Assembly: GCF_020745735.1 (NCBI RefSeq)
Contig: NC_083411.1
Span: 87,778,328-87,842,327 of the forward strand
Origin: Hemiscyllium ocellatum
Lineage: Eukaryota
DNA: 64,000 nt
Direction: 5' to 3'
Under the pieces are notes generated by a model. It was given only the letters and a program-made list of their open reading frames with translations. It did not search any database and had not been told where the DNA came from. Position 1 is the stretch's first letter. The number at the start of each line of letters is the position of its first letter. Shown piece after piece: positions 25,471 to 38,121 of this stretch. The position numbers were made by a program, and so were the translations under genes.

Positions 25471-26743
25471 GGTTCTGTTCGCCGAGCTGGAAGTTTTTGT
25501 TGCAAATGTTTCTTCCGGTATTTATAGTGGTCTGTCCTTGCCGCTTCCGGTTGTCAGTTTCAGCTGTCCGCTGTAGTGGTTGGTATATTGGGTCCAGGTC
25601 GATGTGTTTGTTGATGGAGTTTGTGGATGAATGCCATGCCTCTAGGAATTCCCTGGCTGTTCTCTGTCTGGCTTGCCCTATGATAGTGTTGTCCCAGTCG
25701 AATTCATGTTGCTTGTTGTCTGAGTGTGTGGCTACTAGGGATAGCTGGTCGTGTCGTTTCGTGGCTAGTTGATGTTCAGGTATGCGGATTGTTAGGCTGT
25801 CTTCCTGTTTGTCCTATATAGTGTTTTGTGCAGTCCTTGCATGGAATTTTGGAAACTACATTAGTTTTGCTCATGTTTCCTGTTTGTCCTTGCATGGGAT
25901 TTTGGACACTACATTAGTTTTGCTCATGTTGGGTATCAGGTCCTTCGTTCTAGTGAGTTGTTGTCTGAGCGTGGCTGTTGGTTTGTGTGCCGTTATGAGT
26001 CCTAAGGGTCGCAGTAGTCTGGCTGTCAGTTCTGAAACGCTCCTGATGTATGGTAGTGTGGCTAGTCCTTTTGGTTGTGGCATGTCCTCGTTCCGTGGTC
26101 TTTCTCTTAGGCATCAACAGATGCCTAAGAGAAAGACCACGGAACGAGGACATGCCACAACCAAAAGGACTAGCCACACTACCATACATCAGGAGCGTTT
26201 CAGAACTAGAATGAAGGACCCGATACCCAACATGAGCAAAACTAATGTAGTGTACAAAATACCATGCAAGGACTGCACAAAACACTATACAGGACAAACA
26301 GGAAGACAGCTAACAATCCGCATACATGAACATCAACTAGCCACGAAACGACACGACCAGCTATCCCTAGTAGCCACACACTCCGACAACAAGCAACATG
26401 AATTCGACTGGGACAACACTATCATAGGGCAAGCCAGACAGAGAACAGCCAGGGAATTCCTAGAGGCATGGCATTCATCCACAAACTCCATCAACAAACA
26501 CATCGACCTGGACCCAATATACCAACCACCACAGCGGACAGCTGAAACTGACAACCGGAAGCGGCAAGGACAGACTACTATAAATACCGGAAGAAACATC
26601 AAAGAAGCGCTTCGCAGGAGGCTCCAAAGCACTGATGATGTCTCCTAGCCAGGGGACGAAACGTTTGCAACAAAAACTTCCAGCTTGGCGAACAGAACCA
26701 CAACAACGAGCACCCGAGCTACAAATCTTCGCACAAACTTTGA
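25471..26743 (+). mobile_element. Penelope-like retroelement (GIY-YIG) fold-back insertion
   Basis: VVYKIPCKDC..YTGQTGR....RIHEH GIY-YIG motif; inverted arms around an axis at 26116-26119; 13-bp TSD ATAATTTGTAAAA at 25458-25470 and 26744-26756. Confidence 0.9.
26629..26668 (+). ncRNA. Minimal type-I hammerhead ribozyme (PLE)
   Basis: GCA-CUGAUGA-U-GUCUCCU(AGCC)AGGGGAC-GAAA-CG-UU-UGC: stems I and II pair, stem III is palindromic. Confidence 0.8.
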
Positions 26744-27691
26744 ATAATTTGTAAAAAAAAACCAGAAAAAAAAACGAATGACATTGTGTGCCCAAAAGTG
26801 ATGCATCGACGCTTCTTGCAATGCCTGAAGCGGAAGAGACACAGCTACCAGACATATGAGTCACCGAGTATACTCGTTTCTAGTTGAGAAGGGCCCAGAA
26901 ATGCCGAGAATTCACATATAATTTCAAAAACAACCACAGATGAGTTTATATGTTTTGGATGAGTTTACTCGTCGCACTCTGAAAAAGACAAATTGGGTAA
27001 AGACAAGCTAACTCGTCTTTGGTGGGTAAGGGGTTAATGTGTGTAAACCTGTCTATTATTGAGAGTTACCTTTCAAAAATACTTCAGATATGACCTTTGC
27101 AAAATGTGACAACATCAAAGGTACTATATAAATACAAGTTTATTTTAAATAGTATATTTGAAAAAAGAGCTATCTAGTCACTGGGCAGGCTAAATTGAAA
27201 TTTCCACTCATTACCTGTAAAAATAGAAAGTAGGACAGGAACGTCATTTTTAGCGAATACTTATAAACTAGTAGTGCTACTACATATTTACACATCTAGT
27301 TTTTGGATGAAGTAGTGAATTTGCTTTTTTTTATATAAAAATACTACTATCTATTTAATGCAGATGGGAGTTTTTACCTTTTTGTTATTCAGAATGGACT
27401 CCAAACCTAACTTTCAATTGACTTAAATTTTTCAGATCTATTTTACTGAATATCTCTAATTCTCTAGTATTACATGTTTGTTAATTGACAAAAATTTAGT
27501 CATTTTCATCATAGTGGGAATAGTGTATTTGGGAATAGTCCTTATTTGACCCCTTGTCCTCCACGCTCGCCACAATCCTTTTCAGACCTTGTACTGAAAT
27601 GTAAGTTCTGACCTGGGATGCATGATTACTTATTTGTATTTGTCTGGGAATTATTACTTCAATATGAGGAAATTAATGATTAGTTTCCCTA

Positions 27692-27950
27692 CAGTATGCA
27701 AAAAGGCCATTTTAGCACCAACAAATCCACACTGACCCTCCAAAGAGTAACCCACCCATTTGCCTACACTTACCCCTGACACTGCATGGGCAATTTAGCA
27801 TGGCCAATTCACTTGACCTGCACATCTTCGGATTGTGGGAAGAAACCAGAGAGCACCTGCGCAGGGAGAATGTGCCAACTCCACACAGATAGTCGCGGGA
27901 ATTGAACCTGGGTCCCTGGCACTGAGACAGCAGTGCTAACCACTGTGTCA
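27692..27950 (-). mobile_element. HE1-like SINE
   Basis: Homologous to 7146-7457. Confidence 0.8.
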
Positions 27951-28227
27951 CTGTTTTCTTTAATTAAATCTGTAAGACCACAGAACACCCATATCTGCAA
28001 CTCCCTCTTGTCCACCAAACAAAAGTTGCTTATTATTATTGTAGTTTGAGAGTTGAGGACATTTCCTGGACATCGAATGAGAACATTTACCAAAAATACT
28101 TTTTAAGATGCTCACAATGTAGTCACCACGATACATGATCTGAAATGGGAAATCTGTTTCTTTTAAAATTGATGTGCCTATGCTCCTGGTTCTTCAGGTT
28201 AAAACTCTGAGAAGGGTAAGGACAGAT

Positions 28228-28363
28228 TTGAGTCGAGTGTAGTGAAGGGCTTTTGCTCAAAACGTCAATTTTCCTGCTTCTCGGATGTTGCCTGACCTGC
28301 TGTGCTTTTCCAGCACCACACTCTTGACTCTAATCTCCAGCATCTGCAGTCCTCACTTTTGTC
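28228..28363 (+). mobile_element. Short PLE 3' end with a small inverted 5' piece
   Basis: TSD TAAGGACAGAT at 28217-28227 and 28364-28374. Confidence 0.75.
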
Positions 28364-29597
28364 TAAGGACAGATATGTCCCAGACTTCAATCACCAATGC
28401 TAAAAATTGCAATGTCTTTCAAATTGATGTTGAAAATCTGTGTAATATTGTTTCCTCTCCTACCCTGCCATCACAGTTTAAGTTCCTGCTCAATTCACAG
28501 AAAACATAATGGGATCTGATTTGGTTTTGGGGTAGGGAGAGGGGGGGAGGGGAGGGAGGGAAGGGAAACTGGTGGAATTGCAGTTTGTATTTTCATTCAG
28601 TGGAAGTACAATTGTTTTTTATTTTTAACAAGTATTTGCTTGTTTTAGACAAAACGCAGTATTTTTAAAGGCTGTTTTTTGGCTGGAAAAATTAATTTTG
28701 TTGTGTCTTTGATTTGAAGAAAGCAGCTGACATTCATCATATGTTGCAATTGTGTATTGTATTTAAATGCATTTATAAGTGTACCAAGACACAGGCCTGC
28801 AATCTGATCTGCATTTGAGAAAATTGATCATTTGAATTAAATTCTCATGTGTATATGTAGATTTATATTTAAATATGCAGTTACTTCATTTGTTTAGTAC
28901 AGTTATTGGCTTTAATGAATATTTCGCCAATTTGTGCCTCCTATTACATTATGTTCACTTTATGATTTGTACTTTAGGTGAATGTATAGTTTATTGAAAA
29001 ATAATGCACTACTCTGATAACTTGGTATGGAGGAAATGCTGCATAAAAAGGTTTTACCAAATCTTGCATATTTCATTTCCTTTTGCATTAAGCCTCATTG
29101 ATGGTGTGATTTCAACATGGCAAGATCTCAAGTTCATTCGTAAACACATAACATTGCTAGTCTGTATCAATTTTACCAATGGTGGCTATGCATCTATTGA
29201 GGTGCCACCTCTCAGCTAATTTAGACAATAACCAAGCTAAGTTATTGTAGCAGTTCTATGTGAGGTTTTGGAACTATGGTATTTTGCCAATTTGTGTCAA
29301 ATCCCTTAGAAGTCTTATTTTGTCTCCTTTTATTGGTGATCCCTGTGAGCTAAAAGGAGTGCCAGTAAGTGGAGCTAATTCTTGAATGGTAGTAAAATAA
29401 AGTCGAGAGCAATTACAGCAAAAACACACTAATACCTCCCTCCAGTAGGGAGGGGTGGAGAATTATAGAATGGTACACCACAGAAGGTAGCCATTTAGCT
29501 GATCATATCTATACTGTCTTTGGTACTGCTCTCCAAGTACCAGTAATCTCTTCAGCCATTCCACTAATTGGGTAAATACTTGATGGAAGAACAAGAA

Positions 29598-32136
29598 TCC
29601 AGAGAAAGTATATTTCTGTCAGGGTGAAAGGGAAGGCTGGTAGGTATAGGGAATGCTGGATGACTAAAGAAATTGAAGGTTTGGTTGAGAAAAAGAAGGA
29701 AGCATATGTCAGGTATAGATAGAGCGAATCCTTAGCGTATAAAGTTGGAGTATACTTAAGAGGGAAATCAGGAGGGCAAAACGGGCACATGAGATAGCTT
29801 TGGCAAATAGAATTAAGGAGAATCTAAATGGTTTTTACAAATATATTAAGGACAAAAGGGTAACTAGGGAGAGAATAGGGCCCCTCAAAGATCAGCAAGG
29901 TGGCCTTTGTGTGGAGCCACAGAAAATTGGGGAGATACTAAATGAATATTTTGCATCAGTATTTAATGTGGAAAAGGATATGGAAGATATAGACTGTAGG
30001 GAAATAGATGGTGACATCTTGCAAAATGTCCAGATTACGGAGGAGGAAGTGCTGGATGTCTTGAAACGCATAAAGGTGGATAAATCCTCAGGACCTGATC
30101 AGGTGTACCCGAGAACTCTGTGGGAAGCTAGAGAAGTGATTGCTGGGCCCCTTGCTGAGATATTTCTATCATCGATAGTCACAGGTGAGGTGCCGGAAGA
30201 CTGGAGGTTGGCAAACGTGGTGCCACTGCTTGAGAAGACAAGCCAGGGAACTATAGACCGGTGAGCCTGACCTCGGTGGTGGGCAAGTTGTTGGAGGGAA
30301 GCCTGAGGGACAGGATGTACAAGTATTTGTAAAGGCAAGGACTGATTCGGGACAGTCAACATGGCTTTGTGCATGGGAAATCATGTCTCACAAACTTGAT
30401 TGAGTTTTTTGAAGAAGTAACAAAGAAGATTGATGAGGGTAGAGCAGTAGATGTGATCTATATGGACTTCAGTAAGGTGTTTGACAAGGTTCCCCATGGG
30501 AGAATGGTTAGCAAGGTTAGATCTCATGGAATTCAGGGAGAATAGCTATTTGGATACAGAACTGGCTCAAAGGTAGAAGACAGAGGGTGGTGGTGGAGGG
30601 TTGTTTTTCAGACTGGAGGCCTGTGACCAGTGGGGTGCCTCAAGGATTGGTGCTGGGTCCACTACTTTTCATCATCTATATACATTTTTTGGATGTGAGC
30701 ATGAGGTCCAGTTAGTAAGTTTGCAGATGACACCAAAATTGGAGGTATAGTGGACCGTGAAGAAGGTTACTTCAGATTACGACAGGATCTTGATCAGATG
30801 AGCCAATGGGCTGAGGAGTGGCAGATGGAGATTAATTCAGATAATCTGCTGCATTTTGGGAAAGCAAATCTTAGCTCGACTTATACCATTAATGGTAAGG
30901 TCTTTGGGAGTGTTGCTGAGCAAAGAGACCTTGGAGTGTGTGTTCGTAGCTCCTTGAAAGTCAAGTCGCAGGTAGATAGGATAGTAAAGAAGGTGTTTGG
31001 TATGCTTTCCATGTGGTTAGCAAGGTTACATCTCATGGAATACAGGGAGAACTAGCCATTTGGATATAGAACTGGCTCAAAGGTAGAAGACAGAGGGTAG
31101 TGGTGGAGGGTTGTTTTTCAGACTGGAGGCCTGTGACCAGTAGAGTGCCACAAGGATCTGTGCTGGGCCCTCTACTTTTTGTCATATACATAAATGGTTT
31201 GGATGCTAGCACAAGAGGTGTAAGTTTGCAGATGACACCAAAATTGGAGGTGTAGTGGACAGCAAAGAGGGTTACCTAAGGTTACAGCAGGACCTGGACC
31301 AGATGGGCCAATGGGCTGAGAAGTGGCAGATGGAGTTTAATTCCGATAAATGCGAGGTGCTGCATTTTGGGAAGGCAAATCTTAGCAGGACTTATACACT
31401 TAATGGTAAGGTCCTAGGGAGTGTTGCTGAACAAAGAGACCTTGGAGTGCAGGTTCATAGCTCCTTGAAAGTGGAGTTGCAGGTAGATAGGATAGTGAAG
31501 ACGACGTTTGGTATGCTTTCCTTTATTGATCTGAGTATTGTACAGGAGTTGGGAGGTCATGTTGCGGCTGTTCAGGACATTGGTTAGGCCACTGTTGGAA
31601 TATTGCATGCAATTCTGGACTCCTTGCTATCGGAAAGATGTTGTGAAACTTGAAAGGGTTCAGAAAAGATTTACAAGGATGTTGCCAGGGTTGGAGGATC
31701 TGAGCTACAGGGATAGGCTGAACAGGCTAGGGCTGTATTCCCTGGAACGTCGGGGGCTGAATGGTGACCTTATAGAGGTTTACAAAATTATGAGGGGCAT
31801 GGATAGGATAAATAGACAAAGTTTTTTTCTGGGGTCGGGGAGTCTAGAACTAGAGAGCATAGGTTTAGGGTGAGAGGGGAAAGATATAAAAGAGACCTAA
31901 AGGGCAACATTTTCATGCAGAGGGTGCTATGTGTATGGAATGAGCTGCCAGGGGATGTGATGGAGGCTGGTACAATTGCAGCATTTAAAAGGTATTTGGA
32001 TGGGTATTTGAATAGAAAGGGTTTGGAGGGATATGGGCTGGGTGCTGGCAGGTGGGGCTAGATTGGTTTGGGATATCTGGTCAGCATGGATGGGTTAGAC
32101 CGTAGAGTCTGTTTCTATACTATACATCTCTACGAC
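29598..32136 (+). mobile_element. CR1 LINE, 5'-truncated, with an internal repeat of about 0.5 kb
   Basis: RT peptides (KSSGPDQVYPR, WRLANVVPL, DFSKVFDKV, KFADDTK, LEYCMQFW); CR1 3' end. Confidence 0.92.
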
Positions 32137-32342
32137 CAGTTGGGATGATGAGTAGATTCTCAAACTGGCAGGAAGTCATCGGTAAACAAATACTTATAAT
32201 GAAGCAAAGGCCGATAGGAACACTGGATAGGATGGTGTTGGAGAATACTGGAAAATAGAAGCTGACGAAGTGACACATTTTGTTCATTTTTTTTTGCATT
32301 GAACTTATCAGGACAATTCTCAAGAATTCAACATGTATTCAT

Positions 32343-32594
32343 GTTCAATTCCCGCCTCAGGCAACTGACTGTGTGGAGTTTGCACATTCTCCCCGTGTCC
32401 GCGTGGATTTCCTCCTGGTGCTCCGGTTTCCTCCCACAACCCAAAAATGTGCAGGTTAGGTGAATTGGCCATGATAAATTGCCCGTAGTGTTAGGTGAAA
32501 GGGGGAATGGGTCTGGGTGGGTTGCACTTCGGCGGGTCGGTGTGGACTTGTTGGGCCGAAGGGCCTGTTTCCACAGTGTAAGTAATCTAATCTA
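32343..32594 (+). mobile_element. HE1-like SINE
   Basis: V-domain and TAATCTAATCTA tail. Confidence 0.8.
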
Positions 32595-33309
32595 AATCAT
32601 GTAAGTTCTACCTCATGGCAATGCCTCTACCAGTCACAGTCTATCTGCAAAATAATCAGCACTCTCCTCTCATGCAGTATGGTTTTATTTTGTTATTCAT
32701 TCACAAGATGTGGGTATTACTGGCTAGAGCTGCATGTATTGCCCAGCCCTGATTGCCCAGTGAACTGTTAAGAATCAACCACATTGCTGTAGGTCTGAAG
32801 TCATAGGTCAGCCAGACCAGGTCAGGATGGCAGATTCTTTCCCTGAAGAACATTAGTGAACCAGATAGGTTTTTCTAAACAATCAATATGGTCATCATTA
32901 GACTTTTAATTCCAGATTCTCCCTTAATTCAAACTTCACCATCTGCCTTGGTGGGATTCAAACCCGGTCTCCAGAACATTACCTGGTTTCTGGATTACAC
33001 CACTTGACCAATGTCTCCCATGAAATGTCCTGATAAGTACAAGATGAAAAGTTTTGACAAAACATTATTTCAGCAATTCTCGAAGTAAAAGTATTCTGTT
33101 TTCATGGTAGAGAATATAAAAATCATTTTAGTAATAGCTGTAAATCGGGGGTGGAAGAGAGAGGAACTTAAAGAGGAATTTATAATCACTAGGGAAGTGG
33201 TACTAAGCATACTGATAGAGCTGTGAATGTAAGACCATTATGACGTAGGAGTAGAAGAAATCATTTGGTTTATTGATTGCACTCCGTCATTCAACGAGAT
33301 AGCTTAATG

Positions 33310-35778
33310 TTCCATGATACAAATGCTACAGGAAGGATAGAAAGGGAGATGAGAGGAGGGGGGAGCGGCATTTTTGACAAAGGATAGCTTTATGGCTGTA
33401 CTTAGGGAGGATATTCCTGGAAATATGTCCAGGGAAGTTATTTGGGTGGAACTCAGAAATAAGAAAGTGATATTCACCTTATTGGGATTGTGTTATGGAC
33501 CCCCTTAATAGCAGGAAATTGAGAAGCAAATTTGTAAGGAGATCTCACTTATCTGTAAGGATAATAGGGTGGTTATGGTAGGGGATTTTAACTTTCCAAA
33601 CAATGACTGGGACTGCCATAGTGTTAAAGGGTTTGGATGGAGAGGAATTTGTTAAGTGTGGAAAAAAAAATTTAATTCCGTATGTTGATGAACCCACTAT
33701 AGAAGGTGCAAAACTTGACCTACTCTTGGGAAATAAGGCAGGGCAGGTGACTGAGATACCAGTGGAGGAGTACTTTGGGGCCAGTGACCATAATTCTATT
33801 AGTTTTAAAATAATGATGGAAAAGGATAGACCAGATCTAAAAGTTGAAGTTCTAAATTGGAGAAAGGCCAGCTTTGATGGTATTAAGCAAGAACTTTCAA
33901 AAGCTGATTGGGGGCAGATGTTCTCAGGTAAAGGGTCGGCTGGAAAATGGGAAGCCTTCAGAAATGAGATAACAAGAGTCCAGAGACAGTATATTCCTGT
34001 TCGGGTGAAAGGAAAGATTGGTAGGTGTGGAGAATGCTGGATGACTAGAGAAATTGAGGTTTTGTTTAAGAAAAAGGAAGCACGTCATGTATACAGTAGA
34101 CAGGAGGGATCGACTGAATCCTTACAACAGTATAAAGATAGTAGGAGTATACTTAAGAATGAAATCAGAAGGGCAAAAGGGACATTAGATAGCTTTGACA
34201 AATAAGGTTAAGAAGAATCCAAAGGGTTTTTACAAATACATTATGGACAAAAGGGTAACTAGGGAGAGAATAGGGCCTCTCAAAGGTCAGCAAGGTGGCC
34301 TTTGTGTGGAGCTGCAGGGGATGGGGGAGATACTAAATCAATGTTTATTGTGGAGAAGGACATGGAAGATATAGAATGCAGGGAAATAGATGGTGACATC
34401 TTGAAAAATGGCTGTATTACAGAGGAGGAAGTGCTGGATATCTTAAAATGCATAAAAGGTGGATAAATCCCCAGGACCTGATCACGTGTACCCTAGAACT
34501 CTGTGGGAAGCTAGGGAAGTGATTACTGGGCACCTTGCTGAGATATTTGTGTCTCATAAACTTGATTGAGTTTTTTGAAGAAGTAACAAAAAGGATTGAT
34601 GAGGGCAGAGCACTGGACTTTATCTATATGGACTTCAGTAAGGCATTTGACAAGGTTCTCCATGGGACACTGGTTAGCAAGTTTAGATCTCATGGAATAC
34701 AGAGAGAACTAGCCATTTGGATACAGAACTGGCTCAATGGTAGAAGTCAGAGGGTATTGGTAGAAGGTTGTTTTTCAGATTGGAGGCTTGTGACCAGTGG
34801 AGTACCCCAAAGATACTTTTCGTCATTTATGTAAATGATTTGGATGTGAACATAGGAGGTAAAGTTAGTAAGTTTGCAGATGACACCAACATTGGAGTGA
34901 CATCGAAGATGGTTACCTCAGATTACAACGGGATCTTCATTAGTTGGGCCAATGGGCTGAGGAGTGGCAGATGGAGTTTAGATAAATGCGAGGTATTGCA
35001 TTGTGGGAAAGCAAATCTTAGCAGGACTTAGACACTAAATGGTAATGTCCAAGGGACTGTTGCCGAACAAAGAGACCTTGAAGTGCAGGTTCATAGCTCC
35101 TTGAAAGTAGAGTTGCAGATAGATAGATAATGAAGATGATGTTTGGTATGCTTTCTTTCATTGGTCAGACCACTGAGTATAGGAGTTGGGAGGTCATGTT
35201 GCGGCTATACAGGATGTTGGTCAGGCCACCTTTGTAATATTGCATGCAATTTTGGTCTCCTTCCTATTGGAAGGATGTTGTGAAATTTGAAAGGATTCAG
35301 AAACGATTTACAAGGAAATTGCTTGGATTGGAGGATTTGAGTTATAGGGAGAGGTTGAATAGGCTAGGGCTGTTTTCCCTGGAGCGTCGGATGCTGAGGG
35401 ATGAGCTTATAGCAGTTTATAAAATCATAAGGGACATGGATAGGGTAAATAGACAAGGTCTTTTCCCTGGGGTCAGGGAGTGCAGAACAATAGGGCATAG
35501 GTTTAGGTCGAGAGGGGAAAGATATAAAAGAGACCTAAGGGGCAATGTTTTCACGCTGAGGGTGGTACGTGTATGGAATGAGCTGCCAGAGGAAGGGGTG
35601 GAGGCTGGTACAATTGCAATATTTAAAAGGCATCTGGATGCATATATGAATAGGAAGGGTTTGGAGGGATATGGGCTGGGTGCTGGCAGGTGGGACTAGA
35701 TTGGGTTGGGATATCTGGTCAACATGGATGGGTTGGACTGAAGGATCTGTTTCCATGCTATACATCTCTATGACTCTA
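33310..35778 (+). mobile_element. CR1 LINE (endonuclease remnant plus RT, internally deleted)
   Basis: MVGDFNFP, LDLLLGN, SDHNSISF (APE domain), [16 protein letters not shown]; tail ctatgactcta. Confidence 0.92.
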
Positions 35779-37225
35779 ACTGATAATCATCAACTCCACT
35801 TCCCTGCCTTTTCTCCCATAATCCTTGATTTCCTTAATGATTAGAAATCCATCTCAACCTTGAATATACTTAATAATCCGGCCTCGACAGCTCTCTGCGG
35901 TAAAGAATTCCACAGATTCACTCCCCTTTGAGAGAAGAAATTTTTCCTCATCTCTACCTTGAATGGGTGACTTCTTACTCAGATTATGTTCTTTGGTCCT
36001 AGACTCTTCGACCAAGGGAAACAACGTCTCAGCATTGATCCTGTCAAGTCCCCTTAGAATACCATATGTTTCAATAACATGGTCTCTCATTCTTCTAAAC
36101 TTCAATAAGTACAGATCCAGCCTACTCAGCCTTTCCTCAGAACAAAATATCTCTGTATCCAGATCAACTGAGTGAACCTTCTCCAGGCTGACAAGTTTCT
36201 ATCTCTGGATGGACTTCATCACTCGATCCTAAGAGGTTGTTAATGAGATAGTAGATGCATTGGCATTAATTTTCCAAAATTCCTAGATCCCACAAGAGTT
36301 TAATCAAACTGGAAAGTAGCAAATATAAATCTCCCTTTCAGAATGGAAAAGGAAATTATAGGCCAGTTAGCTTGAGGTCTGTTATGGGAAAGATGACTTA
36401 GAAATGTAGCAAATAAGTATAGGCCATTTGCACTTCTGAGCCTGTTCCACCATTCAATTGAATCACGCTTGATCATCTAACTCAGTACCCTGTTGCTAAT
36501 TTCTCAACCTATACCTTTTGATCCCTTTTGGGCTAAGAACTATATCTCCTCAAAAGCGATCAATGTTTTGTCTTCTGTGGCAGAAGCTCCCACAGACTCA
36601 CTACTCACTGGGTGATCATATTTCTACTTATCCAAGCCCTAAATAGACTAACCCATTTCCTTAATTTGTGACGCCTGGTTCTTGACTCCCTGGTCATTGT
36701 GAACATTATTGCTGTGTTTACCCTGCCCAGTCCTGTTAGAATTTTATGGGTATCTATGAGTTTCCTCTCATTCTTCTAAACTCCCAGTGAATATAATCCT
36801 AACCAATCCAGTCTCTCTTCATACATCAATCCAGCCATCCCTTAAATCGAAGTCTGGTAAACCTTTGTTGTCCTCAGTCCATAGCCAGAACTTCCTTCTC
36901 AGATAAGCCTACCCAAACTGCTTGCAATACTATGAGTATGAGCTCACCGAGGCACTGTATAACTGTAGTGAGACATCCCTTCTCCTGTATTTAAAACCTC
37001 TCAATGAAAACCAACATACCATTTGCAGCCTTCATGTCTGCTGCACCTGCATGCTCACTTTCAGTGACTGGTGTCCAAGGACATCCAGGTATTGTTGCAT
37101 CTCCCACTTTCCCAATATATCACCAATCAAATAATAATCTCTGTGTATTTGCCAACAAAAGGGATAACCTCATATTTATCCACATTATACTTCATCTGTC
37201 ATTTGCCCACTCACTCAATTTATAG
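35779..37225 (-). mobile_element. Older CR1 fragments, mostly on the minus strand
   Basis: IETYGILRGLDRINAETLFPLVEESRTKEH. Confidence 0.7.
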
Positions 37226-37879
37226 TTTCAAATAAACCTCTTGGACTATAACTTGGTGTTGTGTGACTTCTAACCTTATCTATATATGCTCTTAAAATCA
37301 GTATGTATATTACCCACTTACTCTCCTACTCTATTTCTTCTCTCTTAATCACTTTGTCCTCCTTTGCTGAAATCTAAATTGATTCTACTCCTCAAGTCTG
37401 TTGCTTTTTTTTTGGCCAATTTTTTTGTCCTCTCCTTGGGTATAATACTACCTCTAATTTACCTTGTTAGTCACAGTTGGGCTACCTTTCCTGATTTATT
37501 TTCTGCCAGGCAGTAAAGAACGATTGTTACATTTCTGCTGCAGTGAAACTATACAGCTATTCAGGGATGTTATAATTGTTGTGAGTAAAACAAATCCAGA
37601 TCCCACAGAGGTTGGTCTTAAGACCAGGTGGATAGATTCTTGTTAGGCGGGGGATCAAAGTTACCAAGGACAAATAGGAATATGGAATTTGAAGCACAAC
37701 CAGCTCAGCTATGATCTTATTGTTTGGCAGAGCAGGCTTGAGGGGTCAAATGAGCTACTTCTGCTCCTATTTTGTAAGTTCATGTTTATGCTCTCAATTT
37801 GCATTTCAATTCATAAATAGCACAGAAATGTTTTTTCCATCTCAGCAAATTGCATGATTGCAATAAATTGCAATCGGGG

Positions 37880-38121
37880 TACAATAACTATATAAGAGGT
37901 GAGAAGAAATTAGTTTATTTCCATTCTAACTGTTTAAAGTCACAAGGTTGTCAGCATTGAAGCCAGATTTCTTGTTTACACTATAAACAACGGAGTTCCA
38001 TGTAACAGTTGTTTTAGTAACTTCCATTTTCTATTTAAAAAGAAAATTGTTGTAGTAATTTCCATTTTCAATCTAAAAAGAAACAAAGTGCATTTAAACT
38101 GCAACTTCTCGGTGTCTGTTT
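37880..38121. repeat. Direct duplicate of 40941-41144
   Basis: About 200-240 bp, roughly 90% identical by eye. Confidence 0.85.

Larger units (their letters stand above)
24819..27033 (-). mobile_element. Internally deleted piggyBac DNA transposon (PGBD4-like transposase N-terminal remnant)
   Basis: TTAA TSDs at 24815-24818 and 27034-27037; TIRs CCCCTTCCCCAGC and CCCCTTACCCACC; the minus ORF 24946-25308 (FTGNPG...TPLDFFSLL...VVDETNHFA...WRPVTKAEI..FFAL...W) resembles the piggyBac transposase N-terminal part. Confidence 0.85.
24590..27142 (+). mobile_element. Decayed DeuSINE split by the piggyBac (24590-24818 and 27034-27142)
   Basis: 5' part contains ...gtgctgcattg...gatcc...ctggtca; the 3' part ends aaaggtactatataaatacaagt, like the DeuSINE tail. 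Confidence 0.5.

Noticed and set aside
25782-26648. Longest ORF in the track (288 aa) as a novel gene
   Set aside because: It is a chimaera read across the Penelope fold-back: antisense arm plus GIY-YIG fragment
28520-28565. G-rich tract with G-quadruplex potential
   Set aside because: Intergenic low-complexity purine run with no supporting context
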